From Candidatus Poribacteria bacterium (GTDB lineage Bacteria > Poribacteria > WGA-4E > PCPOR2b): a stretch of 64,000 nt of DNA. Made by a program: the position numbers and the translations under genes. The notes under the pieces are model-generated. The model worked only from the letters and a program-made list of their open reading frames with translations. It made no database searches and was not told where the DNA came from. Below are positions 10,279 to 19,773 of the stretch, one piece after another. Positions within the stretch are counted from its first letter, which is position 1. Every line of letters begins with the position of its first letter. The stretch is taken from assembly GCA_965208325.1 (NCBI GenBank), contig OZ242326.1, forward strand, positions 928,001 through 992,000. Direction: 5' to 3'.

Positions 10279-11076
10279 ATGCGTTTTTCGATATCCATGT
10301 TCTTACTGATGGCTTTTGCGTGGATCTTTTCATTCGGATCAGAGGCGGAAATAAATCCGGAAGCTATAGTGCTTGCATTGCCGTTTGACGAAGGGGCAGG
10401 TAATGAAGCTAAGGACGCCTCCCCAAGCGGAAACAACCTCCTCCTCGTAGAAGAAGCAAAATGGGACGAAGGGAATATTGGCAAATGCGTGCGCTTGAAA
10501 AAGACCGCTCACTTAGAGACCGAGATGCCAAATCTTGAGCTGCACAATACCGATTTGACGCTGGCGATGTGGGTTAACTTCTCCGCAGAACCCGGTTGGG
10601 TTGCCCTTATGAGTCACGATATAGGCGCTGGACTAAATCACGAGAAATGGGCTTGGTGGCTTCAGTCCGGTACTTTCGTTTTCCACATCAATGATGGGCT
10701 AGAGAAGCGCGAATGGGTGCGTTCCGACTTTTTTGGGGCACCGGAACTCAACAGGTGGTATCACCTTGCTTTTGTTAAACAGAAGGACCTACACACGCAT
10801 TATGTTGACGGTGAACCGTTTGGAGGGGATGAAAAGAATGCACCTGTTCCCGAAGTAATCGAAGGGCCGTTCTCAATCGGTGCGACGGGTGACAGGTACT
10901 ATTTCCAAGGACTGATGGATGAAGCGTTGGTTGTCAAACAGGCATTGACCCCGAACGACATCCAAAGGCATCTTGCCGGCGGCGTTGCCCGCATTCTAGC
11001 AGTTGAGCCGGGAGGAAAACTCGCAACCCAATGGAGCCGCCTGAAGACGGGAGCTAATTTTCCTTACAGCCAATGA
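10279..11076 (+). CDS. secreted LamG-like jellyroll protein 3
   Basis: close paralog of protein 2; tail AVEPGGKLATQWSRLK; AAGGGGG RBS before ATG 10279. Confidence 0.85.
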   Translation: MRFSISMFLLMAFAWIFSFGSEAEINPEAIVLALPFDEGAGNEAKDASPSGNNLLLVEEAKWDEGNIGKCVRLKKTAHLETEMPNLELHNTDLTLAMWVNFSAEPGWVALMSHDIGAGLNHEKWAWWLQSGTFVFHINDGLEKREWVRSDFFGAPELNRWYHLAFVKQKDLHTHYVDGEPFGGDEKNAPVPEVIEGPFSIGATGDRYYFQGLMDEALVVKQALTPNDIQRHLAGGVARILAVEPGGKLATQWSRLKTGANFPYSQ

Positions 11077-11158
11077 TGCATTAGCCCAAAAATCTAATCT
11101 GCTTCAAACGACTCGGCCAATAGATTTCCAAAACATCCACGACAGTGGAGCGGTAATA

Positions 11159-11947
11159 ATGCGCGTGTCAAGATTCATATGTGCGGCAATTGTGTTATCG
11201 TGGCCGGCATCCATACATGTTAATGCGGGAATCAATGCGGACGATATTGTGCTGGCGCTGCAGTTTGATGAAGGCGAGGGAGAAAACGCCGTAGACTTGT
11301 CTTCAAACGGAAACTCCGCAACGCTGGTGCAAGACGCTAAATGGGGCGCAGGGAAGCTCGGTGCATGCTTGCGCTTGAAAAATACGGCTCACGCAGCGGT
11401 TGCGAACCACCCAAGCCTCGATTTACACGAGACAGATTTCTCACTAGCGATTTGGATGAATTTTTCTTCCGAACCCGGCTGGTACAACCTTATGGCTCAC
11501 AGTGAGGGGCCTGGAGGCGGCGACAAGAAATGGTTCTGGATGTTCTCTGGCGGAAAGTTCAAATTCCACATCTTTAACCCGGGAGGTGAGCTTGCGTGGA
11601 TTGATTCCGAATTCTTTGGCTTTCCTGAACTTGATCGCTGGTATCACCTCGCCTTGGTCAAGCGGCAGGAGCAGTACACGTTTTTTCTGGATGGCGAACC
11701 GTTTGGGGAATCAGTAAAAGACTTGCCCGTACCCGCGGAAATTAACCACGATCTCACAATTGGATGGTCTCAAGAAGATCGCTACTTTCAGGGGCTCCTA
11801 GATGAGGTGTTGATTGTGAAACAGGCGATGACTTCAAACGATGTCCAAAGGCATCTATTTGGCGGTGTCCGGGGCATATTGGCCGTTGAACCCGGTGAGA
11901 TGATTACGACCAGGTGGGGCGATTTAAAGTCAGGAATCGGCTTGTAA
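11159..11947 (+). CDS. secreted LamG-like jellyroll protein 4
   Basis: same architecture; tail AVEPGEMITTRWGDLK. Confidence 0.85.
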   Translation: MRVSRFICAAIVLSWPASIHVNAGINADDIVLALQFDEGEGENAVDLSSNGNSATLVQDAKWGAGKLGACLRLKNTAHAAVANHPSLDLHETDFSLAIWMNFSSEPGWYNLMAHSEGPGGGDKKWFWMFSGGKFKFHIFNPGGELAWIDSEFFGFPELDRWYHLALVKRQEQYTFFLDGEPFGESVKDLPVPAEINHDLTIGWSQEDRYFQGLLDEVLIVKQAMTSNDVQRHLFGGVRGILAVEPGEMITTRWGDLKSGIGL

Positions 11948-12013
11948 GATGTCAGATAATTTTGCCATTCGAACAAACTGTTCAAGTTCCTGGAAGAGAG
12001 CGATCATTTACAA

Positions 12014-12808
12014 ATGGGAACAGTGGTGCACAATAAGAATTTCTCTATTTTTGTGATTGCTGTGTTGTGCGGGTACTCGTTCGCGGCGGCGATGGCAATT
12101 GACCAAGACGCTATTATATTAGCATTGCCGTTTGACGAAGGCGTAGGCAGAGAAGCTAACGACATTTCCACGCACGGGAATCACGGCGTCCTAACAGACA
12201 CCGCCAGGTGGGCACAAGGCAGAATTGGAATGTGTGTGCGCTTACAGAACGCATACGTGGAGGTTGCAAATCACCCCAGTCTCAGCTTGCATAACACCGA
12301 CTTTACGATGGCGGTGTGGATAAAATTTACCGAGGAGGCGGGCTGGTACGACCTTATGGCTCACAGTGAAGGCGGCGGAGGTGATGACAAACAGTGGATT
12401 TGGCTGCTATCCGGCGGAAAATTCAAATTTCACCTTCATAACAGAGGGGTTGATATTACGTGGATTGACTCCGATTTCTTTGGGTTTCCTGAGCTTGACC
12501 GTTGGTACCACGCCGCGCTTGTCAAACAGGGAAACCGATACACACATTATCTAGATGGCGAATCGCTCGGAGAAACGGTAAATGATACTCCAATCTCAGA
12601 CGAAATCAATAACCCGCTCACCATCGGCACGGGGCCAGGCGAATTCTTCATTCAAGGATTCGTAGATGAGGCATTCATCACACGGCAGCCGTTGACACAG
12701 AAAGACATTCGAAACCATTTTTCAGGTGGAATCGAGGGCGTTTTATCGGTGGCACCGAGCGGTAAGTTCTCTACCAGATGGGGTAGTTTAAAAACCGAAT
12801 ATAATTGA
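12014..12808 (+). CDS. secreted LamG-like jellyroll protein 5
   Basis: same architecture; tail SVAPSGKFSTRWGSLK. Confidence 0.85.
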   Translation: MGTVVHNKNFSIFVIAVLCGYSFAAAMAIDQDAIILALPFDEGVGREANDISTHGNHGVLTDTARWAQGRIGMCVRLQNAYVEVANHPSLSLHNTDFTMAVWIKFTEEAGWYDLMAHSEGGGGDDKQWIWLLSGGKFKFHLHNRGVDITWIDSDFFGFPELDRWYHAALVKQGNRYTHYLDGESLGETVNDTPISDEINNPLTIGTGPGEFFIQGFVDEAFITRQPLTQKDIRNHFSGGIEGVLSVAPSGKFSTRWGSLKTEYN

Positions 12809-12896
12809 TGGACCGATGATTCATATTCAATTTTCCGCCAGCGTTAGGGAGAGGCAATGCCAATTCATAATCAATTAACGCCTATTGAGGACAATA

Positions 12897-13703
12897 ATGG
12901 GTAATCGGATATACACATCGTTTTTGATTTCGTTGTTGTGGACGATTCCAATTGGAGTCGAGGCGGGAATTGACCGAGATGCGGTAATACTGGCGATGCC
13001 GTTTGAAGAGGGAAGAGGTAGAGACGCCAAGGACATCTCCTCACGGGGAAACCACGGTGTCCTATCGGAAACCGCCAAGTGGGCGCAGGGGAAATTCGGA
13101 ACGTGCGTGCGCCTAAAGAACGCCTACGTGGAAGTGGAAAATCACCCAAGCCTCAGTCTTCACAACACTGACTTTTCGTTTGCGGTATGGATTAACTTTT
13201 CCGAAGAAAAAAATTGGTATGACCTAATGGCGCACAACGAGGCTCCAGCCATAGACGTAAAGAAATGGATTTGGATGTTTGCCGCTGCCAGGTTTAAATT
13301 CCACATAAATGACAGAGCGATTGAGATTGCGTGGGTCGAATCAGAATTCTTTGGATTTCCCGAACTCGACCGGTGGTATCAACTTGCACTTGTCAAACAA
13401 GGTAACCGATACACGCACTATTTAGATGGTGAAATCTTCGGCGAAGTCACAGACGACACGCCCATCCCCGACGAAATCAACCACCCGCTCACCATTGGAT
13501 CGGGGCCAGGCGACCGGTTTACTCAGGGATTCATGGATGAAATTTTTATCACGCGGCAGCCATTGACACAGAACAATATCCAAAACCATTTTGCTGGGGG
13601 TATTCAGGGGGTTTTGCCAGTTGAGTTAGGGAGCAAAATCGCAACTCGTTGGGGATTAATCAAGGATGCCGGAACTACATCCTTATATTCGAACATACCA
13701 TAA
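12897..13703 (+). CDS. secreted LamG-like jellyroll protein 6
   Basis: close paralog of protein 5; tail PVELGSKIATRWGLIK. Confidence 0.85.
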   Translation: MGNRIYTSFLISLLWTIPIGVEAGIDRDAVILAMPFEEGRGRDAKDISSRGNHGVLSETAKWAQGKFGTCVRLKNAYVEVENHPSLSLHNTDFSFAVWINFSEEKNWYDLMAHNEAPAIDVKKWIWMFAAARFKFHINDRAIEIAWVESEFFGFPELDRWYQLALVKQGNRYTHYLDGEIFGEVTDDTPIPDEINHPLTIGSGPGDRFTQGFMDEIFITRQPLTQNNIQNHFAGGIQGVLPVELGSKIATRWGLIKDAGTTSLYSNIP

Positions 13704-13957
13704 CCATAGGTGCAACACGGATTGAATCAACATGTGCGTAGTTTCGTATTTGAAATTAGAGGCTAAGCCAATTTATCTCGAATTCCATAATTTTGTTCAA
13801 CCGTCATGATCGAGGAGTATTCAGGCAGTATTCATTAAACTGCTACATAGTAAATTGGTGGTGAAAGATAGTTCACAAACGCATTGCTATCGTACATATA
13901 TTGGGTCAGCTTGAGACACGAGTTTAAGCCCCAGTTTCAATAATGGGAGAAATACAG

Positions 13958-14809
13958 ATGAGTGAATTGTTTACGGCGGAAGAGGTCGACCAGTTTCATC
14001 GGGACAGTTTTATCATGGTCGAGGACTTTCTGGATGCCGAAGAGACTCAACTCCTTTATGAGGCAGCCAAAGGAGACTATGTGATGATGCAACATGCCCA
14101 CGATGTGAAGGACATAGAGGGAAAAAACTCCAAACTGGCGCTTTGGGATCATCCCGGCGACGACATTTACGGGCTAATTGCGAGAAGCCATAAGATGGTG
14201 AACAGGATTGAGCAGTTGCTCAGTGCGGATGTGTATCACTACCATTCTACCATGATGCTCAAAGAGCCTCGCGTCGGCGGTGCTTGGGAATGGCATCAGG
14301 ACTACGGATATTGGTATTACTACGGTTGTCTCTTTCCGGATATCGCCGCTTGTATGGTCGCAATTGATGAGCAGACCAAAGAAAACGGATGTCTTCAGGT
14401 GATAAAGGGATCACACCGTTTAGGACGTTTGGATCATATAGAACAAACCTCTGCGGGCAGTACACAGACCAGTGTTGATCCAGAACGAATCGAAGCTATT
14501 TTGGCGCGCATGGAATTGGTCTATTGTGAAATGCCGCCGGGCGCCGGGATTTTCTTTCACGGCAATATTCTACACCGCTCCGAAGCAAATCTAAGCGACA
14601 AACCTCGCTGGGCTTTGAGATGCGTCTATAACACCGTTCACAACGACCCGTACAGAGATATCAAACACGCCCGCTATACACCGCTGCGAAAAGTGCCGGA
14701 TTCGGCAATTAAAGCCGGCGCCGCCAAATCCAGCGACTCCGCCAAAGAATATTACTCTGGAGAATCGCTGCGGACGCCTCGGCCTGACGACGCTGCATCG
14801 TCGTCCTGA
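13958..14809 (+). CDS. PhyH-family Fe(II)/2-oxoglutarate dioxygenase (EctD/proline hydroxylase-like)
   Basis: WEWHQDYGYW, ENGCLQVIKGSH, FHGNILHRS, PRW. Confidence 0.9.
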   Translation: MSELFTAEEVDQFHRDSFIMVEDFLDAEETQLLYEAAKGDYVMMQHAHDVKDIEGKNSKLALWDHPGDDIYGLIARSHKMVNRIEQLLSADVYHYHSTMMLKEPRVGGAWEWHQDYGYWYYYGCLFPDIAACMVAIDEQTKENGCLQVIKGSHRLGRLDHIEQTSAGSTQTSVDPERIEAILARMELVYCEMPPGAGIFFHGNILHRSEANLSDKPRWALRCVYNTVHNDPYRDIKHARYTPLRKVPDSAIKAGAAKSSDSAKEYYSGESLRTPRPDDAASSS

Positions 14810-14899
14810 CGCATTGATTTGGAGTGCCCTACAAATACAAAATTCCTGCCCATTTCGGTATCATCAAACTGAACGCAAGCACCAATTCCACGATAATAG

Positions 14900-15733
14900 A
14901 TGCTGGGATTAGAAATGCTCAATCAAGACCAAATTGATGAGTTTCGCACGAAGGGTTTTCTTCTCAGTAGATGTGTTGTAAGTCGTAGTCAGGCCAATGT
15001 GCTAAATGATGAAATTGATCGGGTGCTTGCCGCGCAAAATACAGATAAGCCGCAGCCCGTCCGGCTTGCGAATCTCGCCTCCAATCCTGACAGTGTAACT
15101 TGGCAAATTACGAACATCTGGGAAGCTAGCCAGCCTTTCCGAGAGTTGATCTTCAACTCCACGATAGTCGAAGAGGTTGTTCAACTGACCCGGGCGCAGC
15201 AATTGCGGGTCTGGCACGACCAGGTGCAGTTTAAACTAGCGGAACGAGGCGGTATCACCGACTGGCATCAAGATTCTCCCTGTTGGCCAATCCTGACCCC
15301 GAAGACATGCCAGGTGACTGCATGGGTTGCGCTAGACGATGCAGACGCATCCAATGGCTGTATGAGTATGGTCGCAGGTGCATACCATTGGGGAGACCAG
15401 ATTGAATTTTTGCGCCGTATACAAGATTTTGACGGGATGCCGACAGCTTTCCAGGATCGTAACTTGCAGGTGGAGTTGTGTCCGGTACCGGCGGGGCATG
15501 TCCACTATCATCACGGTTTAACATGGCACGGTTCTCACGCGAATACCAGTGCCCGGCCGCGCCGGGCAATCGCAATCCACTACATGACCGGCGAGACTCG
15601 TTACGACTCCAGCGGTAACCACACGATGAAACCCTTTGTAAACGTTAATGATGGCGAAGTATTGGCAGGAGAGCACTTCCCGTTAGTTTGGGATGACGGT
15701 AAACTGATGCGTCCCAATACGAACCCGCCTTGA
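14900..15733 (+). CDS. PhyH-family Fe(II)/2-oxoglutarate dioxygenase
   Basis: WHQD, AWVALDD, NGCM, HHGLTWHGS, RPRRAIAIHY. Confidence 0.9.
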   Translation: MLGLEMLNQDQIDEFRTKGFLLSRCVVSRSQANVLNDEIDRVLAAQNTDKPQPVRLANLASNPDSVTWQITNIWEASQPFRELIFNSTIVEEVVQLTRAQQLRVWHDQVQFKLAERGGITDWHQDSPCWPILTPKTCQVTAWVALDDADASNGCMSMVAGAYHWGDQIEFLRRIQDFDGMPTAFQDRNLQVELCPVPAGHVHYHHGLTWHGSHANTSARPRRAIAIHYMTGETRYDSSGNHTMKPFVNVNDGEVLAGEHFPLVWDDGKLMRPNTNPP

Positions 15734-16021
15734 TGCGAATACACACCGAACGTATACCCAGACGAAGCCATTTCAGATAAATGAACATGCCGAAGGACAA
15801 AATCAGAAATCTCCCCCTATCCACGTTACGATTAGGTGAACGGTGGGCTAGCCTTACCTACCGGTTTGTCGAATTGTGAAGCATTTTGGACTTGTTTCGA
15901 TTTATCTTTTACACGGCGTTATACAAATTCCTAATGTGAATGTGAAGACCGCCAGATATTGAGTAACAATACTATTAAGACAAAAAGTCCCCCAATTCCC
16001 AAATCAGATTGAGGCCTTCAG

Positions 16022-17662
16022 ATGAATCAAAGAAACATCGCGATCAAACCGGCGATGGAACTCGCTGGCCAAAATCTAATCAACATGCTCCACCCCGACT
16101 ATGATTATCTGCCCTCCTTTTTGATTGCCGTTGATCACGATTACAAAGCCGACCGACAGTTCTTTTTCATGACGCATAACATCGGACGTTGGGTCGACGC
16201 GATGTATCGGCTTGAGGCAGCCACAGGCTTCGCCGCACCCGAAGACATTCAGGAGGCCATGTTTTGCCACATAAAGGCGTTCTGTGACAACCCGGACGAC
16301 CTCTTTTTACGTCCGCTGGACAAGTTGCCCTATGGCGAGGGAGACCTTTTTTGCTTCCATTCCCTCCGGGAGCATCTAGCCGCGTTTTGCATGCTCGGGA
16401 AGGTCAAGAAGAATCAATGGGCCCTCGATAGTGCCCACCGAATGCTCGTGAAACTGGAAAGTCTTCTCCTTCCTCGTGACGAGTGGGTCGCCGAGCAACG
16501 GGTCTGGGACATTGAGAATACGAAACGATACATGCATCTCGGCCTAAAGAAGATACACCCGGGGTGGAACCTCAACTTACAGGGTTCCGAAGGCAGACTC
16601 ATTGAGCCACTGATTTGGTATTATGAGCTGACCGGCGACGTGCTGGCACTGAATCTCGCTGATCGCTTTGCCCGCTTCCACCTTGACTATTCCACGTCAC
16701 CGGATGGCGCTTTTTACGGAGGATCCCTGGCGGGCCACAATCACTCGTACATGGGGACAATTCGGGGGCTTCTCGCATATGGACGATTCAGCGGCCAGCA
16801 CGAATACGTTGATGCTGTCGCCAAGACTTATCAAGCGGCGTTCCCAACCATAATCACTCCGTCTGGATACTGCACCCACGATCTCGACAAAGAAATGGGC
16901 GGCGACATCTCGTCAGCAGGAGACGTCGCACAGATTGCGCTTTGGCTCGGGATATATCACGGGTACACAGACTACCTTGACGACGTCCAACGCATTGTGG
17001 TTTCCCGTCTACTTCCGTGCCAAATTACGGCAAGCCCGCCTTTACAGCCAAAAGATCCGGAACGAAAGCCGCGTCAAGCGTACCTCCCGGACGGCCGCTT
17101 AGCTTTTTTCGACTACCCGGAAAACATGGAACACATCATTATCGGGGCGCTCGGCGGAATATATGGTCATCCGTACGGAGCCAAGTGGTCAGTCGTGGAC
17201 GTCACTGCATCGGCATTGCACAGTCTCGTCGACGTCTACAACCACGTCGCACACGAGACGGGAAACGAGATTCGCGTCTATTTCCACTTCGACTACGACA
17301 CCGACTTCGTGAAAATCAGCAGTGAGCACAGCGAGGACGGTGAGATTGCCACGCTCACCATTGAGCCCAAGGTCCGGAAGAACCTTTGGGTGCGCATCCC
17401 CGGATGGGTGCCAAGTGATTCTCTTCGTGTCACGGTCAACGGTAATACCACCACGGCGAGGGTAAGTCAATATTTGGTCGTAAACGCCAACGACCTGCCC
17501 GGACGTGTGCAGTTGAAGTATGTACGACCCATGCGCAAGAGCGTGGAGCGCGTTGACGGAATTGACTATGAACTCACCTGGCGGGGCGATGAAGTCGTCG
17601 GTATTTGCCCAAATACTGGCTTTTACCCGTTCTATACGTCGACCTCCGGGTGCGATGGATAG
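16022..17662 (+). CDS. hypothetical (alpha/alpha)6-barrel protein, GH127/GH146-like
   Basis: HNIGRWVDAM, GRLIEPLIWYYELTGD, GHNHS, C-terminal VRIPGW beta-sandwich. Confidence 0.55.
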   Translation: MNQRNIAIKPAMELAGQNLINMLHPDYDYLPSFLIAVDHDYKADRQFFFMTHNIGRWVDAMYRLEAATGFAAPEDIQEAMFCHIKAFCDNPDDLFLRPLDKLPYGEGDLFCFHSLREHLAAFCMLGKVKKNQWALDSAHRMLVKLESLLLPRDEWVAEQRVWDIENTKRYMHLGLKKIHPGWNLNLQGSEGRLIEPLIWYYELTGDVLALNLADRFARFHLDYSTSPDGAFYGGSLAGHNHSYMGTIRGLLAYGRFSGQHEYVDAVAKTYQAAFPTIITPSGYCTHDLDKEMGGDISSAGDVAQIALWLGIYHGYTDYLDDVQRIVVSRLLPCQITASPPLQPKDPERKPRQAYLPDGRLAFFDYPENMEHIIIGALGGIYGHPYGAKWSVVDVTASALHSLVDVYNHVAHETGNEIRVYFHFDYDTDFVKISSEHSEDGEIATLTIEPKVRKNLWVRIPGWVPSDSLRVTVNGNTTTARVSQYLVVNANDLPGRVQLKYVRPMRKSVERVDGIDYELTWRGDEVVGICPNTGFYPFYTSTSGCDG

Positions 17663-17955
17663 TGTGTTGTGCCGCATTGATGCCCATTGATTGTGAACAT
17701 GGACAGCGCCGTTGAGGCTATTACTTCACCACCGGCCATCTGCCAGTGCGTGAAGCTCGGTTTGATTGGCGAATCATCTTCGGCGCGGGTGGCGCGTTTT
17801 TAATCACTCTGACGCAAAAACGAGAAAAACCAATCCCGGAAATCGGTGAATAGGCAAAGTTAACCTATCCCAAGAACTGCGTCGCGCGGTGTATCGTATC
17901 CAAGAATCGTTGATTCAGGGCAGCCGACCAATAGCACATCAGGAGAGAAATCATA

Positions 17956-18058
17956 ATGGGTGAAGCTAATATCGGACTCTTCGGATTGGCTGTGACGGCG
18001 AAAACCCTACCCTGAATAATGGATAAGGGCCTTCGCTTAGCTACATTCAATCGCGCAC
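17956..18058 (+). pseudogene. gnd: degenerate 5' fragment of 6-phosphogluconate dehydrogenase
   Basis: AGGAG RBS then MGEANIGLFGLAV, frameshift to ENPTLN, back to MDKGLRLATFNR; matches the Gnd N-terminus IGxIGLAVMGxNLALNxxxxGFxVxxYNR. Confidence 0.65.
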
Positions 18059-18192
18059 TTCCAGAGTTTTCAGGGCTTTAACGAAGGATGAGTAAGGAGG
18101 TCGGACGTTTCGGGCAAAACCACAAGAGCAAAGGAGGAAATCGCTAGTTGCTACTAATTTGAAATTAGAGCGTGCGTTGCGATGAGTTAAAT

Positions 18193-18696
18193 ATGATTTT
18201 AGAACGTTGGGTTGTATCCTTATCAAAATATAAGAAACTTACCGTAAAAATTGCCGACCGGCTGATTGATCGTATCAATCTTGAACCGATGGAAGATGAC
18301 GACGGAAATGTCGGTGTAAAAGCGGTATGGGTTGGCGAATCCGGTAAGAATAGTATTGAAGTTAACACTCAGTCTTTGAAGGGGCACATTCAAACTGACG
18401 GCGATCGTGCTCCGACCATTGAGTATTGGCAAAAAGGGGAAACACGCGGTTTCGGGTTAGGGCATCCAAAAAGCGTTTCCTGTGAACTTGATGAAAAGAC
18501 GCTGCGTAAAATTTTAACCCCCAAAGCTGCAGGAATCGCCATGGCTGCGGGTGCAGCAATTGGATTGGCGGGCTGGTTTGCTACTGCAATCGCTAGCCGG
18601 GTGACGCTCGCTAAGCAGGAATCGGAAACATCTTCGCCGTCGTTAACCGATTCTCAGACAGCCGGTATGGACGGTGAAATTGACGACGATGCATAA
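18193..18696 (+). CDS. hypothetical protein with a C-terminal Ala/Gly-rich membrane anchor
   Basis: long ORF with hydrophobic AAGIAMAAGAAIGLAGWFATAIA and acidic tail; start codon uncertain. Confidence 0.6.
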   Translation: MILERWVVSLSKYKKLTVKIADRLIDRINLEPMEDDDGNVGVKAVWVGESGKNSIEVNTQSLKGHIQTDGDRAPTIEYWQKGETRGFGLGHPKSVSCELDEKTLRKILTPKAAGIAMAAGAAIGLAGWFATAIASRVTLAKQESETSSPSLTDSQTAGMDGEIDDDA

Positions 18697-18774
18697 ATCA
18701 CATCTCATCGGCTCAAAGTCGAGATAGCATTTCGCGATGCGCCGAAGACGGGTTGGCTCGCCGCGCCTAATTTC

Positions 18775-19695
18775 CTACCAATTGGGATCGTATTCCCAAT
18801 CTACTTGCTGTCTTCCGTACCGCTTGTCGTTGTAAACAGTCTGATGGCAATCGAGGCACCTGTCATAGAGACTCACGCCGTGAAGCTCATGCGCAAGCTC
18901 AATTTCCGGTGTGTTGTGAACGTGGCAGGTTCGGCAGGTGTATGTTCTGTAGTTTAAATCGGTGTAGATGTTCAGTTCGGAAGCCTCTTTCCGCACGAAG
19001 TATTTCCGCCCGTTTTTTGTGTCGGTCATCAGCCACTCACTACCCTTCGTTTTCATCGAAATCCCCGTATCCTCGGATATAGGAATGCCGCGAATGTCAA
19101 ACTCCCATTGTACATCTTCCGGAAGCCTATCTGCTTTGTCAAACTCTTTCTGCAATCCCGCATCAAAACTGAACAACCGTGAATCGGCGGCGTGGCAGCG
19201 TACACAAGGCACGTCGTGAACCCGCGCCAAAGGAAAGAATTCGTCGTGATCGAGCTTTTCACGCCCGTGCACGACGATGCCAAGCATTAAGATTGGGGCA
19301 AGTGCCAGATGCACGCGAAGTAGAATTCGTCTTGCCCGCCGCGCCGTTAGACTCACCGCGATTCCTGTCCCAAGGTTGAGCAAAGCTAGAATGAACGTCA
19401 GCCAAGAGTGCCAAGCGAGAGGGTCAAACGCGGAGTGAATAACGACAAGGCACAGTCCAAAAGACGCCAGCCTTTGATGAAACTTGAGCCAGGTTTGCCG
19501 GTTACCCCACCGAATTAGTCGTGTCCTTAGAATGTAACCGCTTGCAATCAGGATAGCTATCGCACCAATGAAACTGAGTGTATGCCGTACTTCGCCGAAT
19601 CCCGATTTCCATAACCCAAAGGGTGACATTATCGACACGAACGCGACGATAACTGCTACGGCAGCTCCGTATCCAATCTGTATAAACGGGTTCAT
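18775..19695 (-). CDS. membrane protein with three c-type heme-binding motifs
   Basis: about 5 TM helices carrying His residues, then CVRCH, CRTCH, CLDCH. Confidence 0.75.
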   Translation of the reverse strand: MNPFIQIGYGAAVAVIVAFVSIMSPFGLWKSGFGEVRHTLSFIGAIAILIASGYILRTRLIRWGNRQTWLKFHQRLASFGLCLVVIHSAFDPLAWHSWLTFILALLNLGTGIAVSLTARRARRILLRVHLALAPILMLGIVVHGREKLDHDEFFPLARVHDVPCVRCHAADSRLFSFDAGLQKEFDKADRLPEDVQWEFDIRGIPISEDTGISMKTKGSEWLMTDTKNGRKYFVRKEASELNIYTDLNYRTYTCRTCHVHNTPEIELAHELHGVSLYDRCLDCHQTVYNDKRYGRQQVDWEYDPNW

Positions 19696-19773
19696 AATGT
19701 GGAATTGCCCATTTTAGCGAACGAAGGGTCAATGATGAATGGATTATTAATAATTCATGAATTGCGCCCTGCT

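Noticed and set aside
8324..13703. Diversity-generating retroelement or shufflon acting on the LamG array
   Set aside because: No reverse transcriptase or recombinase, no near-identical template/variable repeat pair, and differences are not adenine-specific.
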